The notes under the pieces: model-generated | The model's database searches: none | Seen by the model: the letters and a program-made list of their open reading frames with translations, nothing else | What the model was told of the DNA's origin: nothing | From: a virus | Taxonomy: Duplodnaviria; Heunggongvirae; Uroviricota; Caudoviricetes | Length of the DNA: 64,000 bases | Direction: 5' to 3' (one strand) | IMG/VR virus record: IMGVR_UViG_3300045988_134250 | In this document: piece after piece, positions 36,247 to 45,253 of the stretch | Position numbering within the stretch: the first letter of the stretch is position 1 | Layout: every line of letters begins with the position of its first letter | Program-made: the position numbers and the translations under genes

Positions 36247-37610
36247 TAATCATCCTCCGGCGGTTCTATCGCGATATCATCATCTCCGGCGTCATACCCT
36301 GCATCAGATGCATCATAATCACCGTAAATTTCAGCCGTTGCCGAAGGGTCAATATCCAGCTCTTCGTCGTTGGCCTCGAATTCTCCAGCTTTACGCTCGC
36401 CATTGCGGTCGTAATCTCCGCACCCCAATTCTTCAACAATGGTTGCCACATCCGCCCGGCGCTCTGCCAGCCATTGCGGATGGTTAGCCTGAAGCGTTGC
36501 AAACTCCCTTGCCTCTTTGTCCAGCTGTTCATCATCAACATCATTGACGTCAGAAACAGGTGGTTCGAGAAGAGTGATAGCTTTCGCCGCGCGCGCCGCG
36601 AGGATAGCCGGGACGCTGACACCCTGGCGCTCGATGTATTCAGCAACACCGATATCATCCAGTTCCTCGCGCTCACGCATACGTATAGCGGCGGCGATAA
36701 CTCTGGCTGCGCGTGCGTCAGCGCCAATGCGATATTCAATCTCTTTGCCACGCTGTTCGGCCTGTAGGCGTGCTAATTCGAGTTTTTCTCTGGCCTCAGC
36801 CTCTTTGAATGCTTGCTGGCGAGCGCTCTGACGAAGCTTTTCATCCCCCTGTCGCAGCTTTTGTTCGGACTGATATATAGCTGCCAACCTACTGATAAAA
36901 TCATTCATGTAGTAGGCCGCGTCACTGATTAGACCGAGAAGGCGCTGCCCAGGGTGCATTCCTTCTGGCTCTTTATCGCCCAAGGCGTCTATTTCCGCCT
37001 GTAGACGTTCGGCCTCCTGATCAACAATGCTTTGATACTGAAGTGCGCGCTCTTGCGCCATTTGAATTGCTAACCGCAGGTGTTCTTCTGCGCCGTTCTT
37101 CATCATATCGCGAGCCACATTCGTAGTTGGCAATGTGGCACGCTGCACAGCACCGTCAGGGATCATTGCAGAAGATCCCTCAATTTTTGGGGCGTTTTTA
37201 TCTTCTTCGGGGATCATTTTCGCCATTTTTTCGCGCAATGATCTCCTGACAGATTCTTTTATCTCATTGTTATTATTTGAATTATTTTCATGATCCGAAG
37301 TTTTCTTTCTCGGCATACTTCGGAAAGAACCTGCGCCCTGCGAATTGTCAATTTCTGTAAATTTTGTTTTTTCTGCACCCTCTTCCAGCTTTTTTGTTGC
37401 TCTTCCCGCCCGTTTTTTTTCAGGTGATTTGGTGCTTTTTTTTGTTGTCTTTACCTGCGACCGCACCTCATTTTTTTTCATATTGAGATGCTTTCTGGCT
37501 GTATTGAAGCTAAGGCCATGCTCCTCACAGTATTCCTTTACAGTGATCCCTTTTTCTTCACGCAACGCTATAAAGCGGGCGCGGTGCTCCTCCCAATTAA
37601 CCAGACTCAT
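36246..37610 (-). CDS. pacA: Terminase small/pac-recognition subunit (PacA-like)
   Basis: 454 aa; N-terminal HTH ITVKEYCEEHGLSFNTARKHL, central coiled coil, acidic C-terminus; coupled to pacB; GATC cluster inside 5' third. Confidence 0.65.
   Translation of the reverse strand: MSLVNWEEHRARFIALREEKGITVKEYCEEHGLSFNTARKHLNMKKNEVRSQVKTTKKSTKSPEKKRAGRATKKLEEGAEKTKFTEIDNSQGAGSFRSMPRKKTSDHENNSNNNNEIKESVRRSLREKMAKMIPEEDKNAPKIEGSSAMIPDGAVQRATLPTTNVARDMMKNGAEEHLRLAIQMAQERALQYQSIVDQEAERLQAEIDALGDKEPEGMHPGQRLLGLISDAAYYMNDFISRLAAIYQSEQKLRQGDEKLRQSARQQAFKEAEAREKLELARLQAEQRGKEIEYRIGADARAARVIAAAIRMREREELDDIGVAEYIERQGVSVPAILAARAAKAITLLEPPVSDVNDVDDEQLDKEAREFATLQANHPQWLAERRADVATIVEELGCGDYDRNGERKAGEFEANDEELDIDPSATAEIYGDYDASDAGYDAGDDDIAIEPPEDD
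37155..37300. other. Candidate pac site (cluster of Dam GATC hexamers inside pacA)
   Basis: Five GATC in ~135 bp (37161, 37174, 37212, 37240, 37292), four within TGATC; P1 pac lies within pacA and consists of clustered TGATCA/G elements. Confidence 0.45.
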
Positions 37611-37999
37611 AAAGCAACACCACGCTTTTTAACGGCGGCATTCCACAGCTTATTCGCCATGTCCACCAGCTCTCGTTGCTCTTTTCGCGCCTGTTCGACT
37701 GATTTCCTGCTACAGTTTTTAACCAGTAAACTGCCATATTCAGGGGTTCGCCCACGCACCTTGAACTGATATCCGTTCAGGCCATGCAACCAGTATTTTC
37801 GTGGGTAAACACGATCATCAAGCTCACAGATTGCCCTGCTTGAACGAACAAAATGACGAATGATGTTAGTTACACTTACTCGTGAAACATGGAGATGAGG
37901 GTATTTTTCTTTGGCGAGAGTGGTAATTTCAGTGACTGTCAGATAGCAGTCAGCCCTGATCATGATATCCGCAATTTCTGCGCTGCTGATTTGTTCCAT
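37607..37999 (-). CDS. Candidate late-promoter activator (Lpa-like; positional)
   Basis: 130-aa ORF directly upstream of and coupled to pacA; operator-like motif 80 bp upstream. Confidence 0.35.
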   Translation of the reverse strand: MEQISSAEIADIMIRADCYLTVTEITTLAKEKYPHLHVSRVSVTNIIRHFVRSSRAICELDDRVYPRKYWLHGLNGYQFKVRGRTPEYGSLLVKNCSRKSVEQARKEQRELVDMANKLWNAAVKKRGVAL

Positions 38000-38077
38000 T
38001 AATCCCCCGGGCAGGAAATGACCGAGGGGATGATAATGAGAATGTTAAAACTGTATAGACTGGTAAAAAGATGAATA

Positions 38078-38087
38078 TGTTAGAAAA
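38078..38087 (-). promoter_or_regulatory. TTTTCTAACA motif copy
   Basis: plus atatgttagaaaattaat; degenerate neighbour atatctaatgct 38096-38109. Confidence 0.45.
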
Positions 38088-38107
38088 TTAATACTAAATA
38101 TCTAATG

Positions 38108-38500
38108 CTACCAGCGAGACAAACGAACAACATGTTTCACTTTTGCGATCCACTGTCCGCGATAACTATTGATTACGGCCTGTGCCAGCTTCAAATTGGC
38201 TTCAAAATCAGCCTTACTACCATCAGACTCCACCAGCATTCCTCCATCTATTTCTGGTAAACATAGATAATCCTGCTCAACCTGCAGCGGCATTGATGGC
38301 TCTCTGAATGGGGTTACTTGCTCTGCTTTCCAGCGAAATCTAACCCTTATCCCCCTGGTGGTCATTACTAGATAGCCTGTTATAGTGCTTTTATGGCCCA
38401 CATCAGTACGCGTGGCATTGCATGACTCGATCTTACAGTTAGCGATAGACCACTCCATATTGGTGGCCTGTTGAGTGCTTAATTTGGTAGTCCCGTACAT
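38108..38500 (-). CDS. Hypothetical protein
   Basis: 130-aa ORF coupled (1-nt overlap) to upstream gene. Confidence 0.45.
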   Translation of the reverse strand: MYGTTKLSTQQATNMEWSIANCKIESCNATRTDVGHKSTITGYLVMTTRGIRVRFRWKAEQVTPFREPSMPLQVEQDYLCLPEIDGGMLVESDGSKADFEANLKLAQAVINSYRGQWIAKVKHVVRLSRW

Positions 38501-39075
38501 CAGAAAGCCTCCCAGTCAGTCGCGATAATATCCACACCAGTTGCAAACCAGTCTGTCTGCGCCTGTAAATCCCCATTCATCATTACCAGGCGAGGCATCA
38601 CCATCACATCGCACCCTTCCACAATATCGAATGCCTCTTCCGGCAAGAATTCGAAGAGCTTTTCTTTGCTGCCAATACTGCCACGGAACATCGATATATA
38701 GCTCCCTTTGGGCCATGATGTCCGCCGGGCATCAAGCCCTTTCATCATCCAGTAAAAAGCCGAGGAAAAAGGGATATTCTTTTTGCCAATGATTACATTA
38801 TTCGCTTCTGTGTATTTCAGGAACTTAACTAACCTTACCATTGACTCGGATAACGCAACGTATGGCTCATGATTGATTGCTGACACGCTTACACCGTGCA
38901 ATCCAACGCTTACCACTGTCATATCGCCGCTCTGTGCGGTTTCGATATTGACGCCTTTGCGAACTAATGAGGCGTAAATTTCCTCTCGCTTTTGGGTCCA
39001 GCGTTCACGCTTCCCTATGAAGTCACTCAAAATGAGATCTTCTTCTGTATATGCGTTATCGTTCGCCATTAACAT
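38500..39075 (-). CDS. Hypothetical protein with C-terminal DUF2829-like segment
   Basis: 191 aa; FSSAFYWMMKGLDARRTSWPKGSYI...DIIATDWEAF. Confidence 0.4.
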   Translation of the reverse strand: MLMANDNAYTEEDLILSDFIGKRERWTQKREEIYASLVRKGVNIETAQSGDMTVVSVGLHGVSVSAINHEPYVALSESMVRLVKFLKYTEANNVIIGKKNIPFSSAFYWMMKGLDARRTSWPKGSYISMFRGSIGSKEKLFEFLPEEAFDIVEGCDVMVMPRLVMMNGDLQAQTDWFATGVDIIATDWEAF

Positions 39076-39527
39076 AACGTTTCCTTTTTTACACGCGCGA
39101 CTATCCCCCGGAAGTACCGGTAGTGATGTCGTAACTTCGTATTAATTAAGGGGTACAGCCTGAGCGGCTATATGATGAATTGAAAGGAGTTGTGGCGGTG
39201 GTGCCTCCACCTGCCAGGTTAGCCACTCCTGGCGACGTCACTTATCAGAACGTAGTGAATGAAAATGGCTTCGTCACGAGCGCATAGCCGCAATTACCAC
39301 AACGGAAACGGCGCTCACGCTAATTAAACGCCTTTTCCTGTTGTGCGCCGTGCTCTTCCGGCTGTCACACCGAATCGCCAGGATGGTGAATCCGCAGTCC
39401 GACGCTATGAACGGGGCTTGCACATTCCGGCTACCTGGTGTGCCCATGCAGTGTTAGTAAAAGGTACCTAACAGCTACACCAGACCGCTAACGACGCATG
39501 TGCCATACGCCGTGTTACAACCAAATG

Positions 39528-39603
39528 TGGTGGCCCCTACCGGACTTGAACCGGTGACCGTGCGATTATGAGTCGCCCGCTCTAACCACTGAGCTAAAGG
39601 GCC
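39528..39603 (-). tRNA. tRNA-Ile2 (anticodon CAU, ileX-like)
   Basis: GGCCCTTTAGCTCAGTGGTTAGAGCGGGCGACTCATAATCGCACGGTCACCGGTTCAAGTCCGGTAGGGGCCACCA; near-identical to E. coli ileX as recalled; encoded CCA. Confidence 0.8.
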
Positions 39604-40032
39604 AGATTACTGTTAATTACGCTTACGCTTTTTGCCAGAACCGCGTAAGGCTTTTGCCGCTTGCTCTACCCCGTATGCAACCACCAGCAGAAACAATAAT
39701 GTCCACTCCGGGTTTTTATCGGCAAACGCCCAAAAATCCATCACTTGCAGCCACCTTTTAAGACAAAACGCCATTGCTGTTAGGTTGCGGTGCCGGGCGC
39801 CTCCCGGTGACGTTAACCAGTTAACAATTAACGCCGGATCACTTATGGATTCTCGTTACGCCAGTAAAAAGACCACCTTTACTGTTTTAACTGTTCCGCG
39901 TGCGCTTAGCCGCATTCACCGCAATGGTAAGAGCATTTGGCTGACTGGGCGGCGATGACGCCTGTACGCATTTGGTGATCCGGTTCTGCTTCCGGCATTC
40001 GCTTAATTAGCCAAATACCCTTAATGTTGCAC

Positions 40033-40119
40033 TGGCGGAGAGTAATGGAATCGAACCATCATCGCTTGCGCAATGGGACGGTTTTCAAGACCGCTTGAGC
40101 ACCATGCTCCCTACTCTCC
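40033..40119 (-). tRNA. tRNA-Ser (anticodon UGA), type II
   Basis: Acceptor GGAGAGT/ACTCTCC, anticodon arm CGGTCTTGAAAACCG identical to E. coli serT, long variable arm, T-loop TTCGATT, CCA end. Confidence 0.7.
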
Positions 40120-40491
40120 CGTTATTGTGGCGACCGGTGCTGATCTCCGGCTTGCGGTTATTTCAGACTCTCACGGGCGTTTAATTGCCCCGCCGAACAG
40201 CTCTTTTCCGCAATAGCTGCAATGTCTTTCGCGCATCAGCCTGCGCATTCACCACAATGTTGAGAACACTGGTTGTCACGCTGCAACGCAACATTTATTC
40301 GTAGATTGGGATATGACCCCGTTACGCCAGTGTTCTCAACGTTGTAGTGCCGGTTACGGTTCCGGCCAGACCTCTTCCTCAACGGGGTGTTCTCCATACG
40401 GACTACCGTTTATTGGTCGTTCCTGCGGTTTATGTTGTGAAGCCAGATGCTTATCTTCTGGTTGCTTCAAAGAGCTGCACTTCATCACAAC

Positions 40492-40565
40492 GGTAAGAGC
40501 ATTTATGGCTCGCATCGCGGGAAAAAGCCCACGGTAGAGAGTCGAACTCTACAAATGCTCTTACC
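40492..40565. repeat. 13-bp perfect inverted repeat enclosing a tRNA 3'-half-like element
   Basis: ggtaagagcattt (40492-40504) / aaatgctcttacc (40553-40565); on the minus strand the loop reads GTAGAG-TTCGACT-CTCTAC-CGTGGGC-TTTTT (T-arm plus acceptor-like 7-mer plus U-run); related copy at 39926-39938. Confidence 0.5.
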
Positions 40566-40573
40566 TGTTGTGT

Positions 40574-40649
40574 TGGTGCCGGTTAACGGGATCGAACCGC
40601 TGACCATTCGCTTACAAAGCGACTGCTCTACCAACTGAGCTAAACCGGC
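40574..40649 (-). tRNA. tRNA-Thr (anticodon UGU)
   Basis: GCCGGTTTAGCTCAGTTGGTAGAGCAGTCGCTTTGTAAGCGAATGGTCAGCGGTTCGATCCCGTTAACCGGCACCA. Confidence 0.8.
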
Positions 40650-40653
40650 AATT

Positions 40654-40740
40654 TGGTGGGGAGTGATGGAGTCGAACCACCCGAGTCGCAATGACAGTAG
40701 ATTTACAGTCTACCCCGCTACCCCTACGGACTAACTCCCC
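40654..40740 (-). tRNA. tRNA-Tyr (anticodon GUA), type II
   Basis: Acceptor GGGGAGT/ACTCCCC; anticodon arm GTAGACTGTAAATCTAC (E. coli tyrT: CAGACTGTAAATCTG); long variable arm; TTCGACT T-loop; CCA. Confidence 0.75.
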
Positions 40741-40745
40741 TAAAT

Positions 40746-40820
40746 TGGCGATGGTGGGTGGATTCGAACCACCGACCAGTTGGTTAACAGCCAACTGCTC
40801 TACCGCTGAGCTACACCATC
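40746..40820 (-). tRNA. tRNA-Asn (anticodon GUU)
   Basis: GATGGTGTAGCTCAGCGGTAGAGCAGTTGGCTGTTAACCAACTGGTCGGTGGTTCGAATCCACCCACCATCGCCA. Confidence 0.8.
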
Positions 40821-41888
40821 ACTTGCCGGGTACGTCTCCGGCGAGGGCTTCCACCTCCGTATGCTTTTCGGCGCACCGCGCCCTGGCTGCAATTCGGTAA
40901 CAGGGGATGCACAACCCTGGCTTCCAGCGTGATTAGCGCCTTCAGCATGACGGGATATACCCGTTACAAGAAGTTCTCCCAGGATGCCATTAAGCAATGG
41001 CTGTTACGCGGGAAGGACGCAACAGGTAAGGGCGCTGACCAGAAAGACCTGACCCTTCTCATTCATCTGGTTAATCACACCAGCGCCCTTGCCTGTTATG
41101 CCTCCCCGTTCCCTAATACACAGACGGGGACACTCTGCGGTCGATTTTTTTGACGGGGGACGACTCATACCCCGTGGCGTCTGGCTTCTTAGCCCGCTAC
41201 CATCATCAGATCATCGTTTGCATTTACTTTAATGGTCAGTTTCTAAACCGCCGCAAAGTCGCTAACCATGACGAAAACCCTAAAAAAGCCCACCCGAAGA
41301 TGGGCAAATACGCTACATCTCACACAAGAAAGAAGCCGACTGCCTGAGCTGGATTCACTTTCAAATGCCCGCTGAAAGGGATCACAAGTCGGCTTCTTTC
41401 TTGATGCGGCACTCTCTCCGCCCGTCACCGCTCTGTCTCGGTTGTCGCGTTTGCCACGCCAGCCGTAACGAGGTTTAAAGTCTTTACACGTTTCCATCAC
41501 TCGACTGCCGTCTGTGGCTGTTCGTTGCAGCGGGGGTGCCTCCCCCTGGGGATATCCCCGGCCTTACCCCATTCTTTCAAGACACAATGCAAGGCCACAT
41601 CCGCATAGGTGCATTACCGCAACATTAAGGAGACTCAGGGCAAAAGGTAACCGCCACAAAAATCCCTATGCCTCCTTAATGTTGAAGATGTGCATTGATG
41701 ATTAGATGCAGCATGTACCGTTACTCTCTGCCGGACCATCATCAATGAACACCTTAAAAAGACCTTCCGTGGCTCAACATGTATTGTCGTTTACTCCGCA
41801 AAGTGCTCTCTCTGAAACCACTTTCCGCACTAAACCTGCTGAACTTTGGCCTGCACGGTGCCAAAGCGTGCTCTTGCATTACTATACA

Positions 41889-41898
41889 TTTCTAACAC
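41889..41898 (+). promoter_or_regulatory. TTTTCTAACA-family motif copy
   Basis: catttctaacacttt in the ORF-poor region. Confidence 0.35.
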
Positions 41899-42044
41899 TT
41901 TAATTTGTTAAATGCTGGTGGGCGAACAATAACCAATAAGTGACTATCAAGCCCAGCAAGCGAAACGTGGGTACCGCCCACCAGCAAGGAAAATTCTATG
42001 TTAAGTTATCTTCACAATCAATACATTCGAATTGTGATTTTAGA

Positions 42045-42054
42045 TTTCTAACAC
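42045..42054 (+). promoter_or_regulatory. TTTTCTAACA-family motif copy
   Basis: agatttctaacacatt immediately 3' of the 402-aa gene stop. Confidence 0.35.
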
Positions 42055-42055
42055 A

Positions 42056-43264
42056 TTATTTCCCATAAAGATCTTCTACACCCCCATTCTTCTTATCCCA
42101 TTCGTTCGCCCATACCCGGCAAGCGTCAATGATTTCCTGACGACGATCTCCTTGCATGAACGGGATGCTTTCATGGAAACAGCTTGGAATGCAGGCCACA
42201 CTGAATACAGTATCAAACTCCGTCTGCTTGATTGCCTCCAGCGTCTCCGGACGCATTTTTAATTCATCGATTGGCGCATCCTTAGAGTCCATAATCCGGC
42301 GATATAAGCGCGGAAAATCCGTCTCCAGATACGCCATAATTTTATCTGCGAGACATTCGTCTATGTCGGTATTCCAGTCCTTTTCGAAGCCCGGCAGGCG
42401 ATAGTAAAGCGGCGTTCCCCATACCGATGGGATCACATCCATCGTTAACAGGCGATTGGTTCTGATTTGTTGATGGTAATTAGCCGTCAGCAGTGCTTCG
42501 CCACGCTGCCCAGTTTCCGCAACCAGGCCGTGCGGATACTCATGGATGTAGGCAATGGCATCCCTTCCATCATACATAAGTGGAAATGTCTCTGGTCTTT
42601 GTCCCATGCCACAAGCACGGTTCAGATCGTGACCAAGCTGTGAGCACTCTCGCTTTAATGTTTCGATAATGCTCTGCGCTGTAGCCAACTTTTTACGCAG
42701 TGTGACGCCTTCGCCTTGATAATCAATGCATTGCTGATTGAGCTTGGTTAAACGCTCTTTTAGTTCCCGGCGCTCTCTTTTCAGCGTGCGGTTATCCTTC
42801 TCCGCAACATCCAGCCGCTTTGTCAGGCTTGGCGGATAGTCTTTTTTGTAACGGTTCAAATCGGCTTCGGCAGATTTACGCAGTGTATTTGCCTGTTCAA
42901 GACGCGCTTCCAGATTGCCGATCTCATTACGCATATTCGCGGCAAATTGATTAACTGCATCACCCAGGCTTTCAACTGTCGCTGATACGCCTGTGACTTG
43001 TGAAAAACGGATCAAGCCATCATTAACTGCTTGTTGGTATTCCTCAAACTGATCCACCAGCTTATTGTAATCAACTGCCCCATCATCAAGCAGCTTGTTG
43101 ATTTCCGCCACCAGGTTATCTGTAGTGGCAATGACACTCTCGTGCAGTCGCTTTGACAGGTCATCACCCGGATTCCGTTTCTGTATAAGAGCGATTTGTG
43201 TGCGCAGCGTTTCAATTGCTGTCGAGATAATTTCCAGATTAGAAGTATCAGTGTGTTGACTCAT
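42056..43264 (-). CDS. Hypothetical protein: N-terminal coiled coil plus C-terminal globular domain
   Basis: 402-aa ORF, ATG 43264; operator-like motif 30 bp upstream; no recognisable catalytic motif. Confidence 0.55.
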   Translation of the reverse strand: MSQHTDTSNLEIISTAIETLRTQIALIQKRNPGDDLSKRLHESVIATTDNLVAEINKLLDDGAVDYNKLVDQFEEYQQAVNDGLIRFSQVTGVSATVESLGDAVNQFAANMRNEIGNLEARLEQANTLRKSAEADLNRYKKDYPPSLTKRLDVAEKDNRTLKRERRELKERLTKLNQQCIDYQGEGVTLRKKLATAQSIIETLKRECSQLGHDLNRACGMGQRPETFPLMYDGRDAIAYIHEYPHGLVAETGQRGEALLTANYHQQIRTNRLLTMDVIPSVWGTPLYYRLPGFEKDWNTDIDECLADKIMAYLETDFPRLYRRIMDSKDAPIDELKMRPETLEAIKQTEFDTVFSVACIPSCFHESIPFMQGDRRQEIIDACRVWANEWDKKNGGVEDLYGK

Positions 43265-43292
43265 TGCTATTCCCGTTACTTTGTTAAATTAT

Positions 43293-43302
43293 TTTTCTAA
43301 CA
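43293..43302 (+). promoter_or_regulatory. TTTTCTAACA motif copy
   Basis: atttttctaacatatt between 43264 gene start and upstream gene stop. Confidence 0.45.
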
Positions 43303-43377
43303 TATTTTATTAGTTTGATGACAGTATCGAAAGATGCAATAAACAAAAAACCCGCTAATTGGCGGGTTTTTATGCAA

Positions 43378-43692
43378 TTACTGTGTTGCAGCCTGATAAA
43401 TAAGATACGCGATAAATACAGGTACGATGGCCCATTGCAGCAATGAAAGTAGCCTCATTACTGTTATTGGGGTAACTCCATCCACGTATTGTTTCTCTGA
43501 CATTTTCCCGAACCAACTAACCGACAACAGTGCCGAGTTTTCCCCCAATTCCAGCTCTCTGAGAGCTTCACGGATTAACGGCGCTGTCACAGCCTTAACC
43601 GGTGTGCTCAACGTGATACTCCGCGTCCTCCCCGCATCGTCAGCGAACGCCAGACTCACATAATATTTTTTGCTCAATGTACAAACTCCCAA
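43378..43692 (-). CDS. Small membrane-anchored protein
   Basis: 104 aa; C-terminal hydrophobic helix LLSLLQWAIVPVFIAYLIY. Confidence 0.45.
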   Translation of the reverse strand: MGVCTLSKKYYVSLAFADDAGRTRSITLSTPVKAVTAPLIREALRELELGENSALLSVSWFGKMSEKQYVDGVTPITVMRLLSLLQWAIVPVFIAYLIYQAATQ

Positions 43693-43874
43693 TCATCAGC
43701 GCTTGCACTTTCCGGGGTTATGTGAACCTTATCGCCAGTAACAATATTGCGAGCTTCAAAACTTCCATTGATACGTTTCGAGATCTCAATACATAGAGCC
43801 TGCTGCCATGAGCGACGACGAGCGATAGCATTAGTTCCTGCAGGGATAAGTTCTGCCACGTTAAGTAACCGCAA
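43674..43874 (-). CDS. Hypothetical small protein
   Basis: 66-aa ORF overlapping downstream gene by 19 nt. Confidence 0.35.
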   Translation of the reverse strand: MRLLNVAELIPAGTNAIARRRSWQQALCIEISKRINGSFEARNIVTGDKVHITPESASADDWEFVH

Positions 43875-43888
43875 AACGATTTCTCCGT

Positions 43889-44383
43889 TTAATCAAGACA
43901 AACATACTCCGTGATAGCTTTTATGGCTTCAGCGGCACTGCGCGCCTCAAAGCAGTAGTAACCGGCTTCTGTGAGGCGAGTCATCCAGACGAGTTGTTCG
44001 GGAGTCAGGCGATTTCTCCCATGTTTCATCTCAATGCGCATTCCGTGGTATCCCCCACAAGCAAGGTCTATAGAAAGATCGGGATATCCCTTCTTTTGGC
44101 CCTCTGCCACCATTTTTATTGCCGTCCTTATGCCTCGCAGGCCACCGTTTGGAGTGGCGTGAGTATGCTCATACACATAACGCATATTGCGATACATCCA
44201 GTCCAGGACGCGAACCTGCTCGTAATGCTCATGGTTCCTTTTGATTAGATCTGGGTTTTTCTCCAGTTCTCTAAGAGCTGCGGCATGTGGGGATGTTTCA
44301 GAATATTCACTACGACGCCTTCTCTTTCGCGCTATTTTTCTAACACACCCATTGATAGTAAATATGCGAAATAATAACAACAA
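43889..44383 (-). CDS. VRR-NUC domain nuclease (PD-(D/E)xK family)
   Basis: 164 aa (TTG start, uncertain); ...YEQVRVLDWMYRN...GYPDLSIDLACGGYHGMRIEMK...LTPEQLVWM fits VRR-NUC; an operator-like motif lies inside codons ~12-17. Confidence 0.55.
   Translation of the reverse strand: MLLLFRIFTINGCVRKIARKRRRRSEYSETSPHAAALRELEKNPDLIKRNHEHYEQVRVLDWMYRNMRYVYEHTHATPNGGLRGIRTAIKMVAEGQKKGYPDLSIDLACGGYHGMRIEMKHGRNRLTPEQLVWMTRLTEAGYYCFEARSAAEAIKAITEYVCLD
44336..44345 (+). promoter_or_regulatory. TTTTCTAACA motif copy
   Basis: tatttttctaacacaccc. Confidence 0.4.
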
Positions 44384-44519
44384 CGTTAGATTTGTAAAAC
44401 AAGAGAGATACTACTCAAGGATGGTCTATATGCAACAGGTCGGATTTGCTTTTAGAGTAAAGAGTGACCTTAATCAACAAGGAGGGTAAATCGCATGGCA
44501 TTTACCCAACCTGTTATTT

Positions 44520-44780
44520 TTAAAGGGTTATTTTATCCTGTTCGGATAATTCTTTGATTGTCTTGTCGATTGCGATCAACCAACCTTCATAGGTTAAATC
44601 ATCAACAAGTTCTACCAACTTATCATCGGTGTGAGGAAAGTATATCCAGCTCCAGTTCGCAGGGTTTTCTGCTTTTCGCAGCGTAAAAACCTTCTTGTAT
44701 CGGTGGAACTCAAGGATATACCCCTTCGATATGGAATATTCCTTTAGGTCTTCGACCGTAAACCTACGATTCTTTCGCAT
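44520..44780 (-). CDS. Hypothetical protein
   Basis: 86-aa ORF. Confidence 0.4.
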   Translation of the reverse strand: MRKNRRFTVEDLKEYSISKGYILEFHRYKKVFTLRKAENPANWSWIYFPHTDDKLVELVDDLTYEGWLIAIDKTIKELSEQDKITL

Positions 44781-44782
44781 GG

Positions 44783-45217
44783 CTACCCCATAATTCGATA
44801 TTTCTCTATAGACTCGTCGTAACTTGTGTACACGTATGGCTCTGTATCATCGGCATAAGGTGCGACTTCCAGAGCATGAACAGGATTGTATACCGCGTCA
44901 TTTTCCAGGCGATCGCTCGAATACAGATGCCCAGCCAAAACCGTAAGCGCCGGGCGACTCATTTTGTAGATCTCTGCCACATCACTATCTACAACTTGTC
45001 CAAATGATATGTCGCCGCGCTCCAGCAATAACGTTTTAAGCGCAGGCCACCACGGCCCATAAAGGTGATAAAGCTGTGGATCTCGTTTCAGCCTTTCCAC
45101 CATGCCATTCAGATATGCATCCAGAAACGCCTCTTCACTCCTGCCATTGAGCGCCTGCGGCAAAATGTCCTCAAGGTAGGATTCCGTCGGTTTTACAGTG
45201 TCAATTAATGTCGTCAT
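44783..45217 (-). CDS. Hypothetical protein
   Basis: 144-aa ORF immediately upstream of the DarB-like gene. Confidence 0.45.
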   Translation of the reverse strand: MTTLIDTVKPTESYLEDILPQALNGRSEEAFLDAYLNGMVERLKRDPQLYHLYGPWWPALKTLLLERGDISFGQVVDSDVAEIYKMSRPALTVLAGHLYSSDRLENDAVYNPVHALEVAPYADDTEPYVYTSYDESIEKYRIMG

Positions 45218-45253
45218 TCAAATTCGGCCCCAGTTGGGGCCGCTCCTTATCTG

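Noticed and set aside
40255-40344. 18-bp inverted repeat as a sixth tRNA gene
   Set aside because: No cloverleaf can be drawn (no D-arm or anticodon arm, no CCA); kept only as a structural element.
39632-41347. ORF-track ORFs overlapping the tRNA array and its flanks (e.g. 39632..39958, 40313..40537, 40612..40794, 40929..41153)
   Set aside because: They overlap tRNA genes or structured non-coding DNA and have odd composition; no RBS; rejected as coding.
41150-41903. Small ORFs in the 1.2-kb ORF-poor region (41150..41347, 41514..41705, 41706..41903)
   Set aside because: Pro/Arg/Ser-rich translations, no RBS, overlap long inverted repeats; more likely non-coding.
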